DNA of 64,000 bases from an uncultured Chloroflexia bacterium (GCA_963720755.1 CAVRGP010000011.1:480001-544000), one strand, 5' to 3'; positions 31,150 through 43,661 are shown, numbered from the stretch's first letter. Translations and numbers: made by a program. The notes: generated from the letters alone by a model not told the origin.

Positions 31150-31297
31150 TCTTCAGCAACTGACCAGAGGTCGGTGGCTGGGGGATCGTGATCAGATCCC
31201 ACTTGACGACTCGAAGATCGAAGATCCATTCCGGCGCCCCGCCCGGTCAACGCGACCGAGCGTCGAGCCGCTGCCGAAACCATCCAGACGCGAATGA

Positions 31298-31415
<118 letters not shown>

Positions 31416-31489
31416 TTTTTGCGTTTCCGGCGCCGAGTCGGCCGGGTCCCTGGCACACCGTCGGCGAGCACCGGGCTATCCTTCCGGGC

Positions 31490-32248
31490 ATGACGATCGT
31501 CGAGCCCGAGGCGTCCGCCCGCCCGCCGACCGAGGAGGCGCCGACGGTCGAACCCGACGCCAGCGCCATCTGCCCGTACCTAGCCTCCGCCGACGGGTCG
31601 TGGCGGAGTAGCACCGCCGCTCGCGATCATCGCTGTGGTGCAGTCGCTCCCGCTGCGCCCCTCGCCGTCGAGAAGCAACGCCGTCTCTGCCTGTCCGCTC
31701 GATATACGAGATGCGCGACGTTCGAAGCTGCCCAGGCGAGCCGACCCACCGGTCGGGAGCGCGATCCGCTCCACCGCCGGCCGTTCGCCCGGACGACGCC
31801 GCTCATCCTCGACCGAGGTCGGATCGCGGTCGCCATGCCGGCATTGCGGGCCGATCGACGGTCGGGACAAGCGGTCCTGATCGGACTGCTTGTGGTCGCC
31901 TTCGCCGCGATCGTCCTGGCCAGGCTGACGGGCGGCGGCGTTCCGGGGAGCACCGTGGCCCCATCGCCGGTCGCCGGAAGCATCGCCTCGGCGCTTCCGT
32001 CCGCGACCGCTCGACCGAGCACGCCGGCACCGAGCATCGAGGTCGCGCCGAGCGATGCGGTCCCGGCATCGGCCGCGCCCGCGACGCCCCGGCCGACGGC
32101 CGCGACCCGGACGTACAAGGTCAAGAGCGGCGACACGCTGAGCGGCATCGCGGCCAAGTTCGGGACCACGGTGAAGGCCATCCGGAAGTTGAACGGGCTG
32201 ACCAGCCAGTCGACCCTGAGACCCGGTCAGGTGCTGCAGATCCCCTGA
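31490..32248 (+). CDS. Membrane-anchored LysM protein with N-terminal Cys cluster
   Basis: CPYL...HRC...C...C, one TM segment, Pro/Ala linker and YKVKSGDTLSGIA LysM domain. Confidence 0.85.
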   Translation: MTIVEPEASARPPTEEAPTVEPDASAICPYLASADGSWRSSTAARDHRCGAVAPAAPLAVEKQRRLCLSARYTRCATFEAAQASRPTGRERDPLHRRPFARTTPLILDRGRIAVAMPALRADRRSGQAVLIGLLVVAFAAIVLARLTGGGVPGSTVAPSPVAGSIASALPSATARPSTPAPSIEVAPSDAVPASAAPATPRPTAATRTYKVKSGDTLSGIAAKFGTTVKAIRKLNGLTSQSTLRPGQVLQIP

Positions 32249-32287
32249 TCGCCGCGCGTCGCGACCCGCGACCGGTGTCGCCCGGCG

Positions 32288-33172
32288 TCAGTGTTGACAG
32301 CCGCGGCAGAACGAGGTGATGAATCCGCCGGCCCGGACCTCGGTGATCCGAGTCCCGCAACGCGGGCATGGTTCGCCGCCCTTATCGTGGACAGCCAGGA
32401 AGTCCCGGACCTGGCGTTCGAATGTCGGCGGGACCCTGGTCCGGAGCGTCGCGATCGCATCCACCAGCGTCTCGCGCATCGCGGCATACAGAGCGTCGAC
32501 CTCCTCATCGGCCAGGCTGGATCGTTTCCGGAATGGCAGCAGGCTCGCGCGGTGCAGGATCTCGTCGCTGTAGGCGTTGCCGATGCCGGCGACGAACGCC
32601 TGGTTGCGGAGCAGGTTCTTCAATTCGCCCGGGTGTCGACGGATGCGCTCGCGCCAGGAGTCGATGGTCAAGTCAGGATCGTCCGCATCGGGACCCTGGT
32701 CGGGTGGGCCCAGACCGGGCACCGGCCGATCGACTCCTGCAGGACGCAGGTAGACCTTGCCCATCTGCGTCGGATCGCGATAGCGGACCTCCGGGCTGGC
32801 GTCATCCGCCGGGAGCCACGAAGCGCCCTGCGTCCAGGGGGCCGATGGCTCGGCGTCATCCGCGCCTCGCCCGCGCGCACCGAAGCCAAGGACGACGGCC
32901 GTCTTGGTCGGCCGGCGTTCGCTCTTCGCCGCCAGCTGGAAGCGACCCGTGAGCATCGGGTTCCACGCGACCGCATCCTGCTCAAGGGCCATCAGCAGGA
33001 ACTTGCCTCGACGCGTGATCGTGCCGACCCGTTGGCCGACGAGCGCATCCAACTCCGCCGGCGTCCCACGGACCGCGAGCGGACCCGGGGCATCGACCGT
33101 GTCGACGGGTCGACCGGAAAGAGCAGCCTGGAGCGCTTCGGCGACCACGGTCAGATCGGGCAATTCGGGCAC
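32288..33172 (-). CDS. Fpg/Nei family DNA glycosylase/AP lyase
   Basis: MPELPD, RRGK, GIGNAYSDE (H2TH) and CPRC...CRGC zinc finger. Confidence 0.9.
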   Translation of the reverse strand: MPELPDLTVVAEALQAALSGRPVDTVDAPGPLAVRGTPAELDALVGQRVGTITRRGKFLLMALEQDAVAWNPMLTGRFQLAAKSERRPTKTAVVLGFGARGRGADDAEPSAPWTQGASWLPADDASPEVRYRDPTQMGKVYLRPAGVDRPVPGLGPPDQGPDADDPDLTIDSWRERIRRHPGELKNLLRNQAFVAGIGNAYSDEILHRASLLPFRKRSSLADEEVDALYAAMRETLVDAIATLRTRVPPTFERQVRDFLAVHDKGGEPCPRCGTRITEVRAGGFITSFCRGCQH

Positions 33173-33376
33173 GGCCGGGCGATTGTAGCCGTCAGAAGTC
33201 GTGTGCTAGACTCTCCCGGCCCCAAGAGGCAGGACAGCTGAAGAGCGCTGGACAAGCCATCGACGCAGGAGGACCGGACCGCGGAGTAGAGAACCACGGA
33301 CCACCTGATCGCATCGGACTCGGCTTGAGCGTCGCTCGAGCCGATCGTGATTCTCGGGCGCAAATCCACCATAGGA

Positions 33377-35872
33377 GTGACTACCACCTTGACCGAAGAG
33401 CAGTCGGGCGGGACCGCGCCGGAGCCGGAAGCCACCGCATCCGTCGCCGACCAGGCGTCCGAAGAAACCGTCGCGGCGGTCGCCGTCGCTGACGAGCCCG
33501 CCACCAGTCCAGTCGATCCGGAGACCCCCGAGCCGGAGCGCATCCCGGAAGCGTCGAGCGATGAAGCGCCGGGCGATCCCGCCGTCGATGGGGCACCCGC
33601 GGATCCGGCTGAGCCCGTCGCGGCCGAAGCCGAACCAGTCGCGGCCGACGCCGCGCCGGATGCGCCCGATGCTGCGCCGGAGGCGCCCGATGCTGCGCCG
33701 GAGGCGCCCGCCGCCGCACCGGCCACGACGGAGACCGCCGCCGCCGCCGCTGCTGGCGACGATGGATCGGCCGAGGAGGCTCATCCGGAGCCCGCGCCCG
33801 CGCGCGACCTCGGACCCGAACCGACGACGATGGAGGAGCTCCTCGCCGAGCAGGATTCCGATATCAAGAGCTTCAAGCACGGCGACGTCGTCGAAGGCCA
33901 GGTGGTCCGGATCGACAAGGACGAGATCCTCGTCGACATCGGTGCCAAGAGCGAGGGCGTGGTCAGCAACCGGGAGCTGTTCGGTCGACACGGCGAAGGC
34001 CAACCGGAGCTCGCGATCGGCGATACGGTCCTGGTCTACGTTCTCCAGCCCGAATCGCCAGAGGGTCATGTCGTCCTGTCATTGCGCCGGGCCGGGCTTG
34101 AGCGCAAGTGGCGGGCGATGCAGGAGCAGTTCGAGGCGGGCGTCATCATCGAGGCGCCCGTCATCGACCACAACAAGGGCGGACTGATCGTCGATTGCGG
34201 AATCCGCGGTTTCGTCCCGATCAGCCAGATCGTCGACTTCCCGAGGCGTCCGCAGAACGACCAGCCGCGCGACGCCGCCCAGGAGATCGCCGAGAAGCTG
34301 ATGCCGTTCGTCGGCCGCAAGCTTCGACTCAAGATCCTCGAGGTGAACCGCAAGGCGAACCGACTCATCCTGTCCGAGAAGGTCGCCCTCTATGAGGAGC
34401 GCCGCGAGAAGCGGGATGAGCTGTTCAGCAGTCTGCAGGTCGGCCAGAAGGTGACCGGCACGGTCCGCTCGATCGCGCCGTTCGGCGTCTTCATCGACCT
34501 TGGCGGCATCGACGGGCTCGTGCACAAGAGCGAGTTGTCGTGGAACAAGGTCAACAACCCCGAAGCCGGCTACGAAGTCGGTGAGGAGGTCGAGGCCGAG
34601 GTCATCGACATCAATCACGAGCGCGGCCGGATCAGCCTGTCGATCCGGCGGCTGCAACCGGATCCGTGGCATTCGACCGTCGCCGACTTCAACGTCGGGG
34701 ACATCATCGACGGGACGGTCACCAAACTCGTCAACTTCGGCGCATTCGTGCGTGTCCGCGACGGGCTCGAAGGGCTCATCCACATCAGCGAGCTGTCGCA
34801 TCAACGCGTCGCCCACCCCGGTGATGTCGTCCATGAAGGCCAGTCGCTCAAGTTGAAGATCATCTCGCTCGACTCCGAGCGACATCGCCTTGGGCTGAGT
34901 CTCAAGCAGGCGGAGGAGCCGCCGGCCCGGCCGGCGGTCGAGGCGGGATCACCCGCCCCCGGTGCGCCACGGCCAGAGCGTCGTCCGCGGCCGGAACGCA
35001 GTTACTCGATGTCCGATGCGGTCCAGGAACCCGAGGGCGGGATCGATAACACCCTGGCCTCGGCCTTCGCCCAGGTCCGCCAGCAGCTTGCTGCCGCCGA
35101 GGTCGACGAGGTGGTCGCGACCGTCGCCGAGGACGAAGCGAACGAGGAAGCCGACGCGATCGATCGCGTCGATCAGGTCCTGACCAACGTCGCCGAGGAT
35201 GAGGCCATCGAGGAGGCCTTCGCCGCAAAGAAGATCGACGAGATCGGCGATGCGGTTGTGGAGGATGAGGCCGCCGAGGAAGCCATCCTGGCTGAGTCGG
35301 TCGAGACGATCGCCACCAACGTCGCCGAGGATGAGGCGATCGAGGAGGCCTTCGCCGCCAAGAAGATCGACGAGATCGTCGACACGGTCGCAAGCGACGA
35401 GGCGGCCCTGGAACAGGCCGCTGCAGCCGAGGTCGACCGCCTCGCTGACGTGGCCGCGGCCAACGACGACAACGCTGCGGCCGCGACCGAGGCCGAAGTG
35501 GACGTCGTCGAGACGGTCGCCGCCCTCGAGCAGGCTGAAGAGCAGGTCGCTGCGGCAGAGATCGAGACGATCGTCGAGACCGTCGCCGAAGACGAGGCAG
35601 CCGAAGAGGCGATCGCCGCCGAGACGATCGAGACGATGGTCGACAACGTTGCCCAGGACGAGGCGGTCGAGGAAGCCGTCGCGGCCGCCGAGGTCGACGA
35701 GGTCGTGGCGACCGTCGCCGAAGACGAGGCAGCCGAAGAGGCGATCGCCGCCGAGACCGTCGAGACGATCGCCGCCGAGGTGGCGGCCGACGAGATCGCC
35801 GAGGAAGCGGCCGCGGCGGAGACCGTGGAAGAGATCGCTCGCAAGACGATGGAGGCCAACACCGAGGGGTAA
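33377..35872 (+). CDS. rpsA: 30S ribosomal protein S1 (4 S1 domains) with long acidic N- and C-terminal extensions
   Basis: [32 protein letters not shown] and FGAFVRV...[10 protein letters not shown]; start uncertain (GTG 33377 or TTG 33389). Confidence 0.9.
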   Translation: MTTTLTEEQSGGTAPEPEATASVADQASEETVAAVAVADEPATSPVDPETPEPERIPEASSDEAPGDPAVDGAPADPAEPVAAEAEPVAADAAPDAPDAAPEAPDAAPEAPAAAPATTETAAAAAAGDDGSAEEAHPEPAPARDLGPEPTTMEELLAEQDSDIKSFKHGDVVEGQVVRIDKDEILVDIGAKSEGVVSNRELFGRHGEGQPELAIGDTVLVYVLQPESPEGHVVLSLRRAGLERKWRAMQEQFEAGVIIEAPVIDHNKGGLIVDCGIRGFVPISQIVDFPRRPQNDQPRDAAQEIAEKLMPFVGRKLRLKILEVNRKANRLILSEKVALYEERREKRDELFSSLQVGQKVTGTVRSIAPFGVFIDLGGIDGLVHKSELSWNKVNNPEAGYEVGEEVEAEVIDINHERGRISLSIRRLQPDPWHSTVADFNVGDIIDGTVTKLVNFGAFVRVRDGLEGLIHISELSHQRVAHPGDVVHEGQSLKLKIISLDSERHRLGLSLKQAEEPPARPAVEAGSPAPGAPRPERRPRPERSYSMSDAVQEPEGGIDNTLASAFAQVRQQLAAAEVDEVVATVAEDEANEEADAIDRVDQVLTNVAEDEAIEEAFAAKKIDEIGDAVVEDEAAEEAILAESVETIATNVAEDEAIEEAFAAKKIDEIVDTVASDEAALEQAAAAEVDRLADVAAANDDNAAAATEAEVDVVETVAALEQAEEQVAAAEIETIVETVAEDEAAEEAIAAETIETMVDNVAQDEAVEEAVAAAEVDEVVATVAEDEAAEEAIAAETVETIAAEVAADEIAEEAAAAETVEEIARKTMEANTEG
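35123..35848 (+). repeat. About 11 tandem 66-bp (22-aa) coding repeats in the S1 tail
   Basis: Consensus [22 protein letters not shown]. Confidence 0.85.
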
Positions 35873-36021
35873 CCGCCCCTCGGCCGATCGACGACCCGCC
35901 GGTGTCCGGCGGGTCGTGTCGAATTCCTTACCCGTTCGCCAAGCCTTGGGTGACAGGCGGCGTGCTAGCATGGCCGGAGCGCCGCCAGACGGTGTCGGGA
36001 AGGGAACAGGCGTTCGACTCG

Positions 36022-38496
36022 ATGGATCGCTTCGACAAGTTCACGGATCGCGCGCGCAAGGTCCTGACCCTCGCGCAGGACGAAGCGCAGCGGTTCAACC
36101 ACAACTACATCGGCACGGAGCATCTCCTGCTGGGTCTCGTCCGGGAGGGCGAGGGTGTGGCTGCGCGCGTCCTTGAAAACATGAACGTCGAGTTGCCCAA
36201 GGTCCGGACGGCCGTGGAATTCATCATCGGCCGGGGTGACCGGCCGGTCGTCGGCGAGGTCGGGCTGACACCACGGGCCAAGCGGGTGATCGAGCTCGCG
36301 ATCGACGAGGCACGCCGCCTCGGCCACAACTACATCGGCACGGAGCACCTGCTCCTTGGCCTCGTCCGTGAGGGTGAGGGGATCGCCGCCGGTGTCCTGG
36401 AGTCGCTGGGCGTCAATCTCGACAAGGTCCGTCACGAGGTCATCCGGGTACTGTCGCAGAGCTCGTCCGCCGGCCCCACACCAGAGGCCAAGCGAGCCAG
36501 CAAGACGCCGACGGTGGACCAGCTCGGCATCAATCTCACCGACGCGGCCCGTGCAGGAAAGCTGGATCCCGTCATCGGCAGGGAGAAAGAGATCGAGCGG
36601 GTCATCCAGATCCTCTCGAGGCGCACCAAGAACAACCCGGCCCTCATCGGCGAGCCCGGCGTCGGCAAGACGGCCATCGCCGAGGGTCTCGCCCACAGGA
36701 TCGTCGCCGGCGACGTCCCGGAGACGCTGCTCAACAAGCGGGTCCTGACGCTCGACATCGGCTCGCTGGTGGCAGGGACCAAGTACCGCGGCGAGTTCGA
36801 GGAGCGACTCAAGAAGATCATCGAGGAGCTCCGCAACACGAACGACGCGGTCCTCTTCATCGACGAGCTCCACACGCTCGTCGGGGCTGGGGCAGCCGAG
36901 GGCGCCATCGACGCCGCCAACATCCTCAAGCCGCCGCTGGCCCGCGGCGAACTCCAGTGCATCGGCGCCACGACTCTCGACGAGTACCGCAAGTACATCG
37001 AGCGCGATGCCGCCCTCGAGCGACGGTTCCAGCCGGTCATGGTCGAAGAGCCCACGCTCGAGCAGACCGTCGATATCCTGCTGGGGATCCGTGCGCGCTA
37101 CGAGGAGCATCACAAGGTCACGATCACCGACGAAGCGGTCAAGGCCGCGGCCGATCTGTCGACCCGCTACATCACGGATCGGCACCTTCCGGACAAGGCG
37201 ATCGATCTCATCGACGAGGCTGCGTCACGCGTCCGCCTGCGTCACGCGTCGGCTCCGCCCGCCTTGCGCGAGGCGCAGAAGGAGTTGGAGCGCGTCACCA
37301 AGGAGAAGGACGCCGCGATCAACAACCAGGAGTATGAAGAGGCGGCCACCTTGCGCGAGGCGGAGGCGACGGCCCGGGAGAGCGTCGACACCCTCCGGGC
37401 CGAGTGGCAGGCGCAGGTTTCCGGTGAGCAGCCGACGGTCGGCGAGGAGGAGATCGCCCAGGTCGTCGCGATGTGGACCGGCATCCCGGTCACCCGGATC
37501 GCCCAGGAAGAGTCGGAACGACTGCTCAAGATGGAGGAAGTCCTCCACGGGCGGGTGATCGGCCAGGAGGAGGCGATCGGTATCGTCTCCAAGGCGGTCC
37601 GCCGCGCCCGGGCTGGCCTCAAGGATCCCAAGCGCCCGATCGGTTCGTTCATCTTCCTCGGTCCGACCGGCGTCGGGAAGACCGAGCTGGCCAAGGCCCT
37701 CGCCGAGTTCATGTTCGGCAGCGAAGACGCCCTGATCAAGATCGACATGAGCGAATTCATGGAACGGCACAACGTCAGCCGACTCGTCGGTGCCCCTCCG
37801 GGTTATGTCGGGTTCGACGAGGGCGGTCAGCTGACCGAGGCCGTCCGGCGGAAGAACTACTGCGTGGTGCTTCTCGACGAGGTCGAGAAGGCGCACCCGG
37901 AGGTCTTCAACATCCTCCTGCAGATCCTGGAGGACGGGCACCTCTCGGATGCCAAGGGTCGACGCGTCGACTTCCGCAACGCCATCATCATCATGACCTC
38001 GAACCTGGGAGCCAAGCAGCTCCAGACGAATTCGAGTCTCGGTTTCCGGGCGATGGGCTCGACCGATGCCAACCGCGCCGAGAGCTCGTACGAATTGATG
38101 CGTGAAAAGGTCGCGGCCGAGCTCAAGTCGAACTTCCGCCCCGAATTCCTCAACCGCATCGATGCGACCGTGGTCTTCCGCTCGTTGACGATCGAGGAGA
38201 TCGCCCAGATCGTCGACCTGATGCTGGCCCGCGTGCGCGACCAGCTTCGGGCGCAGGGCATGGCACTTGAAGTCACCCCGGCCGCCAAGGAGCACATCAT
38301 CAAGCTCGGCTATGACGTCGCCTACGGCGCGAGACCCCTCCGCCGGGTCATCCAGAACATGGTGGAAGACGTCCTGGCGGAGCATCTGCTCCTTGGAAAG
38401 TACGAGCCGGGCTCGACGATCATCGTCGATCGGGACCCGGACGCCGGTCTCGACATCCACCTCGCCGAGCCCCGGACGCCGGTCGAGGCCAGATGA
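36022..38496 (+). CDS. clpC: ATP-dependent Clp protease ATP-binding subunit ClpC
   Basis: Two Clp-N repeats, GEPGVGKT and GPTGVGKT Walker A motifs, UVR domain and LGF loop. Confidence 0.97.
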   Translation: MDRFDKFTDRARKVLTLAQDEAQRFNHNYIGTEHLLLGLVREGEGVAARVLENMNVELPKVRTAVEFIIGRGDRPVVGEVGLTPRAKRVIELAIDEARRLGHNYIGTEHLLLGLVREGEGIAAGVLESLGVNLDKVRHEVIRVLSQSSSAGPTPEAKRASKTPTVDQLGINLTDAARAGKLDPVIGREKEIERVIQILSRRTKNNPALIGEPGVGKTAIAEGLAHRIVAGDVPETLLNKRVLTLDIGSLVAGTKYRGEFEERLKKIIEELRNTNDAVLFIDELHTLVGAGAAEGAIDAANILKPPLARGELQCIGATTLDEYRKYIERDAALERRFQPVMVEEPTLEQTVDILLGIRARYEEHHKVTITDEAVKAAADLSTRYITDRHLPDKAIDLIDEAASRVRLRHASAPPALREAQKELERVTKEKDAAINNQEYEEAATLREAEATARESVDTLRAEWQAQVSGEQPTVGEEEIAQVVAMWTGIPVTRIAQEESERLLKMEEVLHGRVIGQEEAIGIVSKAVRRARAGLKDPKRPIGSFIFLGPTGVGKTELAKALAEFMFGSEDALIKIDMSEFMERHNVSRLVGAPPGYVGFDEGGQLTEAVRRKNYCVVLLDEVEKAHPEVFNILLQILEDGHLSDAKGRRVDFRNAIIIMTSNLGAKQLQTNSSLGFRAMGSTDANRAESSYELMREKVAAELKSNFRPEFLNRIDATVVFRSLTIEEIAQIVDLMLARVRDQLRAQGMALEVTPAAKEHIIKLGYDVAYGARPLRRVIQNMVEDVLAEHLLLGKYEPGSTIIVDRDPDAGLDIHLAEPRTPVEAR

Positions 38497-38524
38497 TCCG
38501 CGCCGCCAGCCTCGTCGTCTAGCG

Positions 38525-39958
38525 ATGGCGCGGCCGAAGAGCCGCTTTGTCTGTCAGTCCTGCGCGGAGTCGTTCCTCCGTTGGGAAGGGCAGTGTCCGG
38601 CCTGCGGCCAATGGAATTCGCTTGTCGAGACCGTGGTCCGAGAACACTCGCGGAGCGAGCGCTTGGCCGGCCGGGCCGATCTGCCCGGTCTGATCGGACT
38701 CGGGTCGATCGCGGATGCGGACGTGCCGCGTCACCGATCCGGGATCGCCGAACTCGACCGCGTTCTTGGTGGCGGACTTGTACCCGGGTCGCTCATCCTC
38801 GTCGGTGGTGAGCCCGGGATCGGCAAGTCGACCCTGCTGCTCCAGGCGGCCGCAAGCCTGACCCATGGTCCCGATGGCCGTCTGCGCGTCCTGTACGCCA
38901 CCGGCGAGGAATCGCCGGGTCAGGTCCGGCTGCGGGCAGCCCGCCTCGACCTGCTCGACGGCACAGCGGCCGATGGCGTCCAGGTCCTCGCCGAACATGA
39001 CGTGAGCCGGATCGTCGAGGCCGCTCGGGCCACCAGGCCGGGCCTGGTCGTCGTGGACTCGATCCAGACGGCCACCGTCGATGAGCTCGACGGCGCGGCG
39101 GGCAGCGTCGGCCAGGTCCGCGAGGCGACCCTCAGGCTCATGGATCTGGCAAAGGGTGACGGCATCTCGGTGATCCTGGTCGGTCACGTGACCAAGGACG
39201 GTTCGATCGCTGGCCCGAAGACGCTGGAGCACCTCGTCGATGCGGTCATCAGCCTGGAGGGCGAACGCTACGCTGCGCTCCGACTGCTCCGGGCAACCAA
39301 GAACCGATACGGGTCGACCGATGAAGTCGGCGTGTTCGAGATGGCCGAGAACGGCCTCCGCGAGGTGGCCGACCCCGCGCGCGCATTCCTCACCGATTCC
39401 GACGGGTCCGCACCGGGCAGTGTCATCGCGCCGACGCTCGAAGGGAGCCGCCCGCTCCTGATCGAAGTCCAGGCGCTGGTCAGCCCGACCGGGTACGGCA
39501 ACCCGTCGCGGCGAGCGAGCGGCGTCGATCCGAACCGGTTGAACTTGTTGATCGCCGTGCTCGGGCGCCGGGCAGGCATCGCCCTCGGTGCGCACGATGT
39601 CTACGCGAACCTGGCGGGCGGCCTGTCCGTCGCCGAGCCTGCCATCGACCTTCCACTGGCCCTCGCCCTGGCCTCATCCGTGCGCGACCGGGCGATCCCA
39701 CGCGGCACGATCGCGATCGGGGAGGTCGGTCTGCTCGGGGAGCTTCGGAGCGTGGTCGGGCTCGAACGCCGGCTCCGCGAGGCGGCCCGGCTCGGGTTCG
39801 ATACCGCCATCGTCCCTGGCGTTCCCGGCGAGGCGGGACCGGGTCCGATCGAGGGTCTGGCCATCCGTCCAGCTCGGACGATCCGGGACGCGATCGAGAT
39901 CGGACTCGCCGATCGGCCGACCAGTCGTGGCGACGCGCTCCCGGCGATGCTAGGCTGA
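38525..39958 (+). CDS. radA: DNA repair protein RadA/Sms
   Basis: C4 zinc finger, GGEPGIGKSTL, KNRYG and Lon-like C-terminus. Confidence 0.97.
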   Translation: MARPKSRFVCQSCAESFLRWEGQCPACGQWNSLVETVVREHSRSERLAGRADLPGLIGLGSIADADVPRHRSGIAELDRVLGGGLVPGSLILVGGEPGIGKSTLLLQAAASLTHGPDGRLRVLYATGEESPGQVRLRAARLDLLDGTAADGVQVLAEHDVSRIVEAARATRPGLVVVDSIQTATVDELDGAAGSVGQVREATLRLMDLAKGDGISVILVGHVTKDGSIAGPKTLEHLVDAVISLEGERYAALRLLRATKNRYGSTDEVGVFEMAENGLREVADPARAFLTDSDGSAPGSVIAPTLEGSRPLLIEVQALVSPTGYGNPSRRASGVDPNRLNLLIAVLGRRAGIALGAHDVYANLAGGLSVAEPAIDLPLALALASSVRDRAIPRGTIAIGEVGLLGELRSVVGLERRLREAARLGFDTAIVPGVPGEAGPGPIEGLAIRPARTIRDAIEIGLADRPTSRGDALPAMLG

Positions 39959-40012
39959 CCGTCCGTCAGGCTGCCACGAGAACGTGACGCCGGTCGTGTC
40001 CGAGGATTCCAG

Positions 40013-41065
40013 TTGATCCGCTATATCCGCCTCCTGGGCGCTGCGCTCGGGGCCGCTGTCGGGTTGGCCCTAGGCTCTTCCGGCCTGTTCGCGAGCAGCG
40101 CCTACGAGGGTGCCTTTTTGGCCGCCTGGGTCGTCGCCTGGATCGTCGTCGGGTTCGCCATCCTGCCGTACCTCACGATCGTGCCGGCGCAATGGTTGAT
40201 CAGGCAGGTCGAGGCGCTGTCGACCGCCGAGTTCGTCGCCGCGGTCATCGGTCTGCTCATCGGTCTCCTGATGGGCCTGCTCCTTGCCGTCCCGCTGTCG
40301 GGGCTGGCCGCTCCCTGGGGCCAATGGCTCCCGCTCGGCGTCTCGATCCTGTTCGGACTGGGGATGCTCGGTCTGACCGTGGCCAAGCGGAAGGACCTGC
40401 TCCTCGCGGCTCAGACGGTCGGACTCCTCCGTCAGGCAGGGACTGATCGCGCGGCGTCGGGCGCGGGCGACCCACGGATCGTCGTCGACACCAGCGCGAT
40501 CATCGACGGCCGGATCGCCGAGATCGTCGAATCGGGCTTCATCTACGGCACGCTCGTCATCCCACGGTTCGTGCTCGAGGAACTGCAGCACATCGCCGAC
40601 AGCTCGGATGCGCTCCGGCGGAACCGTGGTCGTCGCGGACTCGAGATCCTCAACCGGATGCAGAAGGAACCGGGGACGCCGGTCGAGATCGTCGAGGACG
40701 ACGTCCCCGGGATCCCCGAGGTGGATGCCAAGCTCGTCGCCCTTGCGATCGCCCGCAGCCGGGTCATCCTGACGAACGACTTCAATCTCAACCGGGTCGC
40801 CGAGCTGCAGGGTGTCCGGGTCATGAACATCAACTCGCTCGCCAACGCGGTGAAGCCGGCGGTGCTCCCGGGCGAGGAGCTCAAGGTCAGGGTCATCCAG
40901 GAGGGCAAGGAAGCGGGCCAGGGCGTCGGCTTCCTCGATGACGGCACGATGATCGTGATCGAGGGTGGTGCGCGCTACATCGACCGCGAACTCGACGTGT
41001 CGGTCACCCGGGTGCTGCAGACGGTGGCCGGCCGGATGATCTTCGCGCAGCCGCATCTCGATTGA
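40013..41065 (+). CDS. PIN/TRAM domain membrane protein (YacL-like)
   Basis: 4 TM segments, [17 protein letters not shown] and [10 protein letters not shown]; radA-yacL-ispD synteny. Confidence 0.92.
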   Translation: MIRYIRLLGAALGAAVGLALGSSGLFASSAYEGAFLAAWVVAWIVVGFAILPYLTIVPAQWLIRQVEALSTAEFVAAVIGLLIGLLMGLLLAVPLSGLAAPWGQWLPLGVSILFGLGMLGLTVAKRKDLLLAAQTVGLLRQAGTDRAASGAGDPRIVVDTSAIIDGRIAEIVESGFIYGTLVIPRFVLEELQHIADSSDALRRNRGRRGLEILNRMQKEPGTPVEIVEDDVPGIPEVDAKLVALAIARSRVILTNDFNLNRVAELQGVRVMNINSLANAVKPAVLPGEELKVRVIQEGKEAGQGVGFLDDGTMIVIEGGARYIDRELDVSVTRVLQTVAGRMIFAQPHLD

Positions 41066-42249
41066 GCCCACTGGACGCTGCGCTCCGGGCGGACGCGATC
41101 GTCGTCGCGGCGGGCCGGTCGACCCGGATGGACGGCAACGACAAGCTCGCGGTCGAGGTCGGTGGGCGACCGCTCCTTGCCTGGACGCTCGACGCCGTCG
41201 CGGCCGCCACGGTCGTCGACCGGATCATCGTCGTGGCCCCGCCCGAACGGCGGGCCGCCGTCGCGGCCGCGGCCTGGTTGCCGGCCAAGGTCATCGATGT
41301 CGTGGACGGTGGCAGCCGTCGGCAGGAATCGGTCTTTGCCGGGTTCACGGCGTTCGACCGACACGAACCGGACGAGGCCGGCGTGGTCCTGGTCCATGAC
41401 GCGGCGCGGCCGATGATCGATCGGGCCGTGATCGAGGCGGTCGTCCGGGTCAGCGCGGAGCGAGGCGCGGCTGTGCCGATCGTGCCCATCGTCGAGACCC
41501 TCAAACGCCTCGACGGTGACCGAGTCGGCGAGACGGTCGATCGGACCCGATTCGGGGCGGCCCAGACGCCCCAGGGCGCTCGCCGTGACCTGTTCCGGAA
41601 GGCGTGGACCGCGTTCCGGGCGGATGGGCCGGAGACATTCACCGACGAGGCTGCTCTGCTCGAAGCCTGTAGCATTCCGGTCCATGTCGTCGCCGGTGAT
41701 CCAGGGAATCGCAAAGTGACCGTCCCAAGCGATCTGCGCACTGTCGCGGCCGCGCTGCTCGGCGTCGGGCCCACGCGGACCGGGATCGGCCATGACAGCC
41801 ACCCGTTCGGGCCGGGCGAGCCGCTCGTCCTCGGGGGGATCGAGATCGCCGGTGCGCCGGCGTTGGCCGGGCACTCCGACGGCGACGTCGTCCTCCACGC
41901 CGTGGCCGATGCCTTGCTCGGTGCCACGGGACTCGGCGACCTCGGGCGGCTCTTCCCGGCGGACGCGCGGACGCCCCGCGGGATCGCCGGTGCGTCGCTC
42001 ATCGAGGAGGTGCGCCGGCAGATCGCTCCCACCGGCTGGCGGCCGTCGACCATCGACCTCACCGTCGTCGCGGCGCGTCCGCGGCTCGGCGCCTACCTCG
42101 ATCCGATGCGCGATCGGATCGCTGCCCTGCTCGACCTCGATCCGGGGTCGGTGAACGTGAAGGCGTCGAGCGGCAATCTTGACGGCGCGGATGGCGGTGG
42201 CCGATCGATCTCGGCCCTGGTCATCGCCACCGTGGAGTCGACAGGATGA
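41062..42249 (+). CDS. ispDF: Bifunctional IspD/IspF
   Basis: [20 protein letters not shown] and TDEA (IspD); GIGHDSH and HSDGDV (IspF). Confidence 0.93.
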   Translation: MSPLDAALRADAIVVAAGRSTRMDGNDKLAVEVGGRPLLAWTLDAVAAATVVDRIIVVAPPERRAAVAAAAWLPAKVIDVVDGGSRRQESVFAGFTAFDRHEPDEAGVVLVHDAARPMIDRAVIEAVVRVSAERGAAVPIVPIVETLKRLDGDRVGETVDRTRFGAAQTPQGARRDLFRKAWTAFRADGPETFTDEAALLEACSIPVHVVAGDPGNRKVTVPSDLRTVAAALLGVGPTRTGIGHDSHPFGPGEPLVLGGIEIAGAPALAGHSDGDVVLHAVADALLGATGLGDLGRLFPADARTPRGIAGASLIEEVRRQIAPTGWRPSTIDLTVVAARPRLGAYLDPMRDRIAALLDLDPGSVNVKASSGNLDGADGGGRSISALVIATVESTG

Positions 42250-43661
42250 CCATCCGCCTGCATGACACCCTGTCCGGCGAGACGCGCCCGCTCGTGCCGC
42301 TCGAGCCGAGCCGGGTCGGCGTGTACACCTGCGGACCGACCGTCTACGGTCCGGCCCACATCGGGAACTTCCGGACGTTCCTGGCCGCGGACGTGCTCGT
42401 GCGCTACCTCCGTTGGCGAGGCCTGACCGTGACCTGGGTGATGAACATCACCGATGTCGACGACAAGATCATCCGGGGCGCGGCCGCGACAGGGGAGACC
42501 ATGGAGGCCCTGGCGGACCGCTACACCGCCACCTTCCTGGCCGACGCCGCGACGCTTCGGATGACGATGCCTGACGTCCTGCCGCGGGCGACGCGACACA
42601 TCGACGAGATCGTCGGGCTCATCAGTACGCTCCTCGAGCGGGGTCACGCGTATCGGACGGACGATGGATCGATCTTCTTCCGGATCGCATCGTGGCCGCG
42701 TTATGGCCGGCTGGCTCGGCTCGACCCCGAGGGACAGCGGGTGGGGGAGCGCGTCGAGGCCGACGAGTACGGCAAGGACGATGTCCGCGATTTCGCGCTC
42801 TGGAAGGCACCGAAGCCCGGCGAGCCCGTCTGGGAGACGGACATTGGCCTGGGCCGACCCGGCTGGCACATCGAATGCTCGGCGATGAGCATGGCCCACC
42901 TCGGACCGTCATTCGATATCCATACCGGCGGGGTGGACCTCACGTTCCCGCACCACGAGGACGAGATGGCCCAGAGCGAAGCATCGACCGGGCTGCCCTT
43001 CGTCGGCACGTGGTTCCACAGCGCCATGCTCCGGATGAGCGGCGCCAAGATGGCCAGGTCGATCGGTAACATCGCCCGGGTCGACGACATCGTCTCGGGG
43101 GGCATCTCGCCCCGGGCGCTCCGCCTGGCCCTCATCTCGGTCCACTACCGGTCGAGCCTCAACCAGTCGGACGAATCACTCTCAGCGGCGGTGGCCGCGC
43201 TCGACCGCCTGGACGCAGCGGTGGCGGCCCTGGGGGCGTATCGCGGTTCGACCGGCGAGGACGACTCGACCCTCGAGTCACGGCTGACCGCCGCGACCGC
43301 GGCGTTCGTCGCCGCCCTCGATGACGACCTGAACATCTCGGCTGGCCTGGCCGCGGTCTTCGAACTCATCCGCGACCTCAATCGGCGGATGGAGCAGCGC
43401 TCCATGTCGACCGCCGACGCCGGACGTGCCCTCGGGGTCCTCAGGGACCTGGATCAGGTACTCGGCATCCTGGCCGATGCCGAGCAGGAACTCGATCCAG
43501 AACTGTCGGGCCTGCTCGACGAGCGCGCGGCCGCCCGGGCAGCTCGCGACTTCGCCGAGTCCGACCGGCTTCGGGATGTCCTCGCGCTTCGAGGTGTGAC
43601 CGTCGAGGACACCCGTGATGGGCAGCGCTGGCGACGGATCGGGGAGCTCGACCGTGGCTGA
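42246..43661 (+). CDS. cysS: Cysteine--tRNA ligase
   Basis: CGPTVY, HIGN, DFALWK, GRPGWHIECS and FPHHE motifs; the KMSKS loop reads KMARS. Confidence 0.96.
   Translation: MTIRLHDTLSGETRPLVPLEPSRVGVYTCGPTVYGPAHIGNFRTFLAADVLVRYLRWRGLTVTWVMNITDVDDKIIRGAAATGETMEALADRYTATFLADAATLRMTMPDVLPRATRHIDEIVGLISTLLERGHAYRTDDGSIFFRIASWPRYGRLARLDPEGQRVGERVEADEYGKDDVRDFALWKAPKPGEPVWETDIGLGRPGWHIECSAMSMAHLGPSFDIHTGGVDLTFPHHEDEMAQSEASTGLPFVGTWFHSAMLRMSGAKMARSIGNIARVDDIVSGGISPRALRLALISVHYRSSLNQSDESLSAAVAALDRLDAAVAALGAYRGSTGEDDSTLESRLTAATAAFVAALDDDLNISAGLAAVFELIRDLNRRMEQRSMSTADAGRALGVLRDLDQVLGILADAEQELDPELSGLLDERAAARAARDFAESDRLRDVLALRGVTVEDTRDGQRWRRIGELDRG

Noticed and set aside
43047-43061. CysS KMARS instead of KMSKS
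   Set aside because: Conservative variation; all other catalytic motifs are intact.
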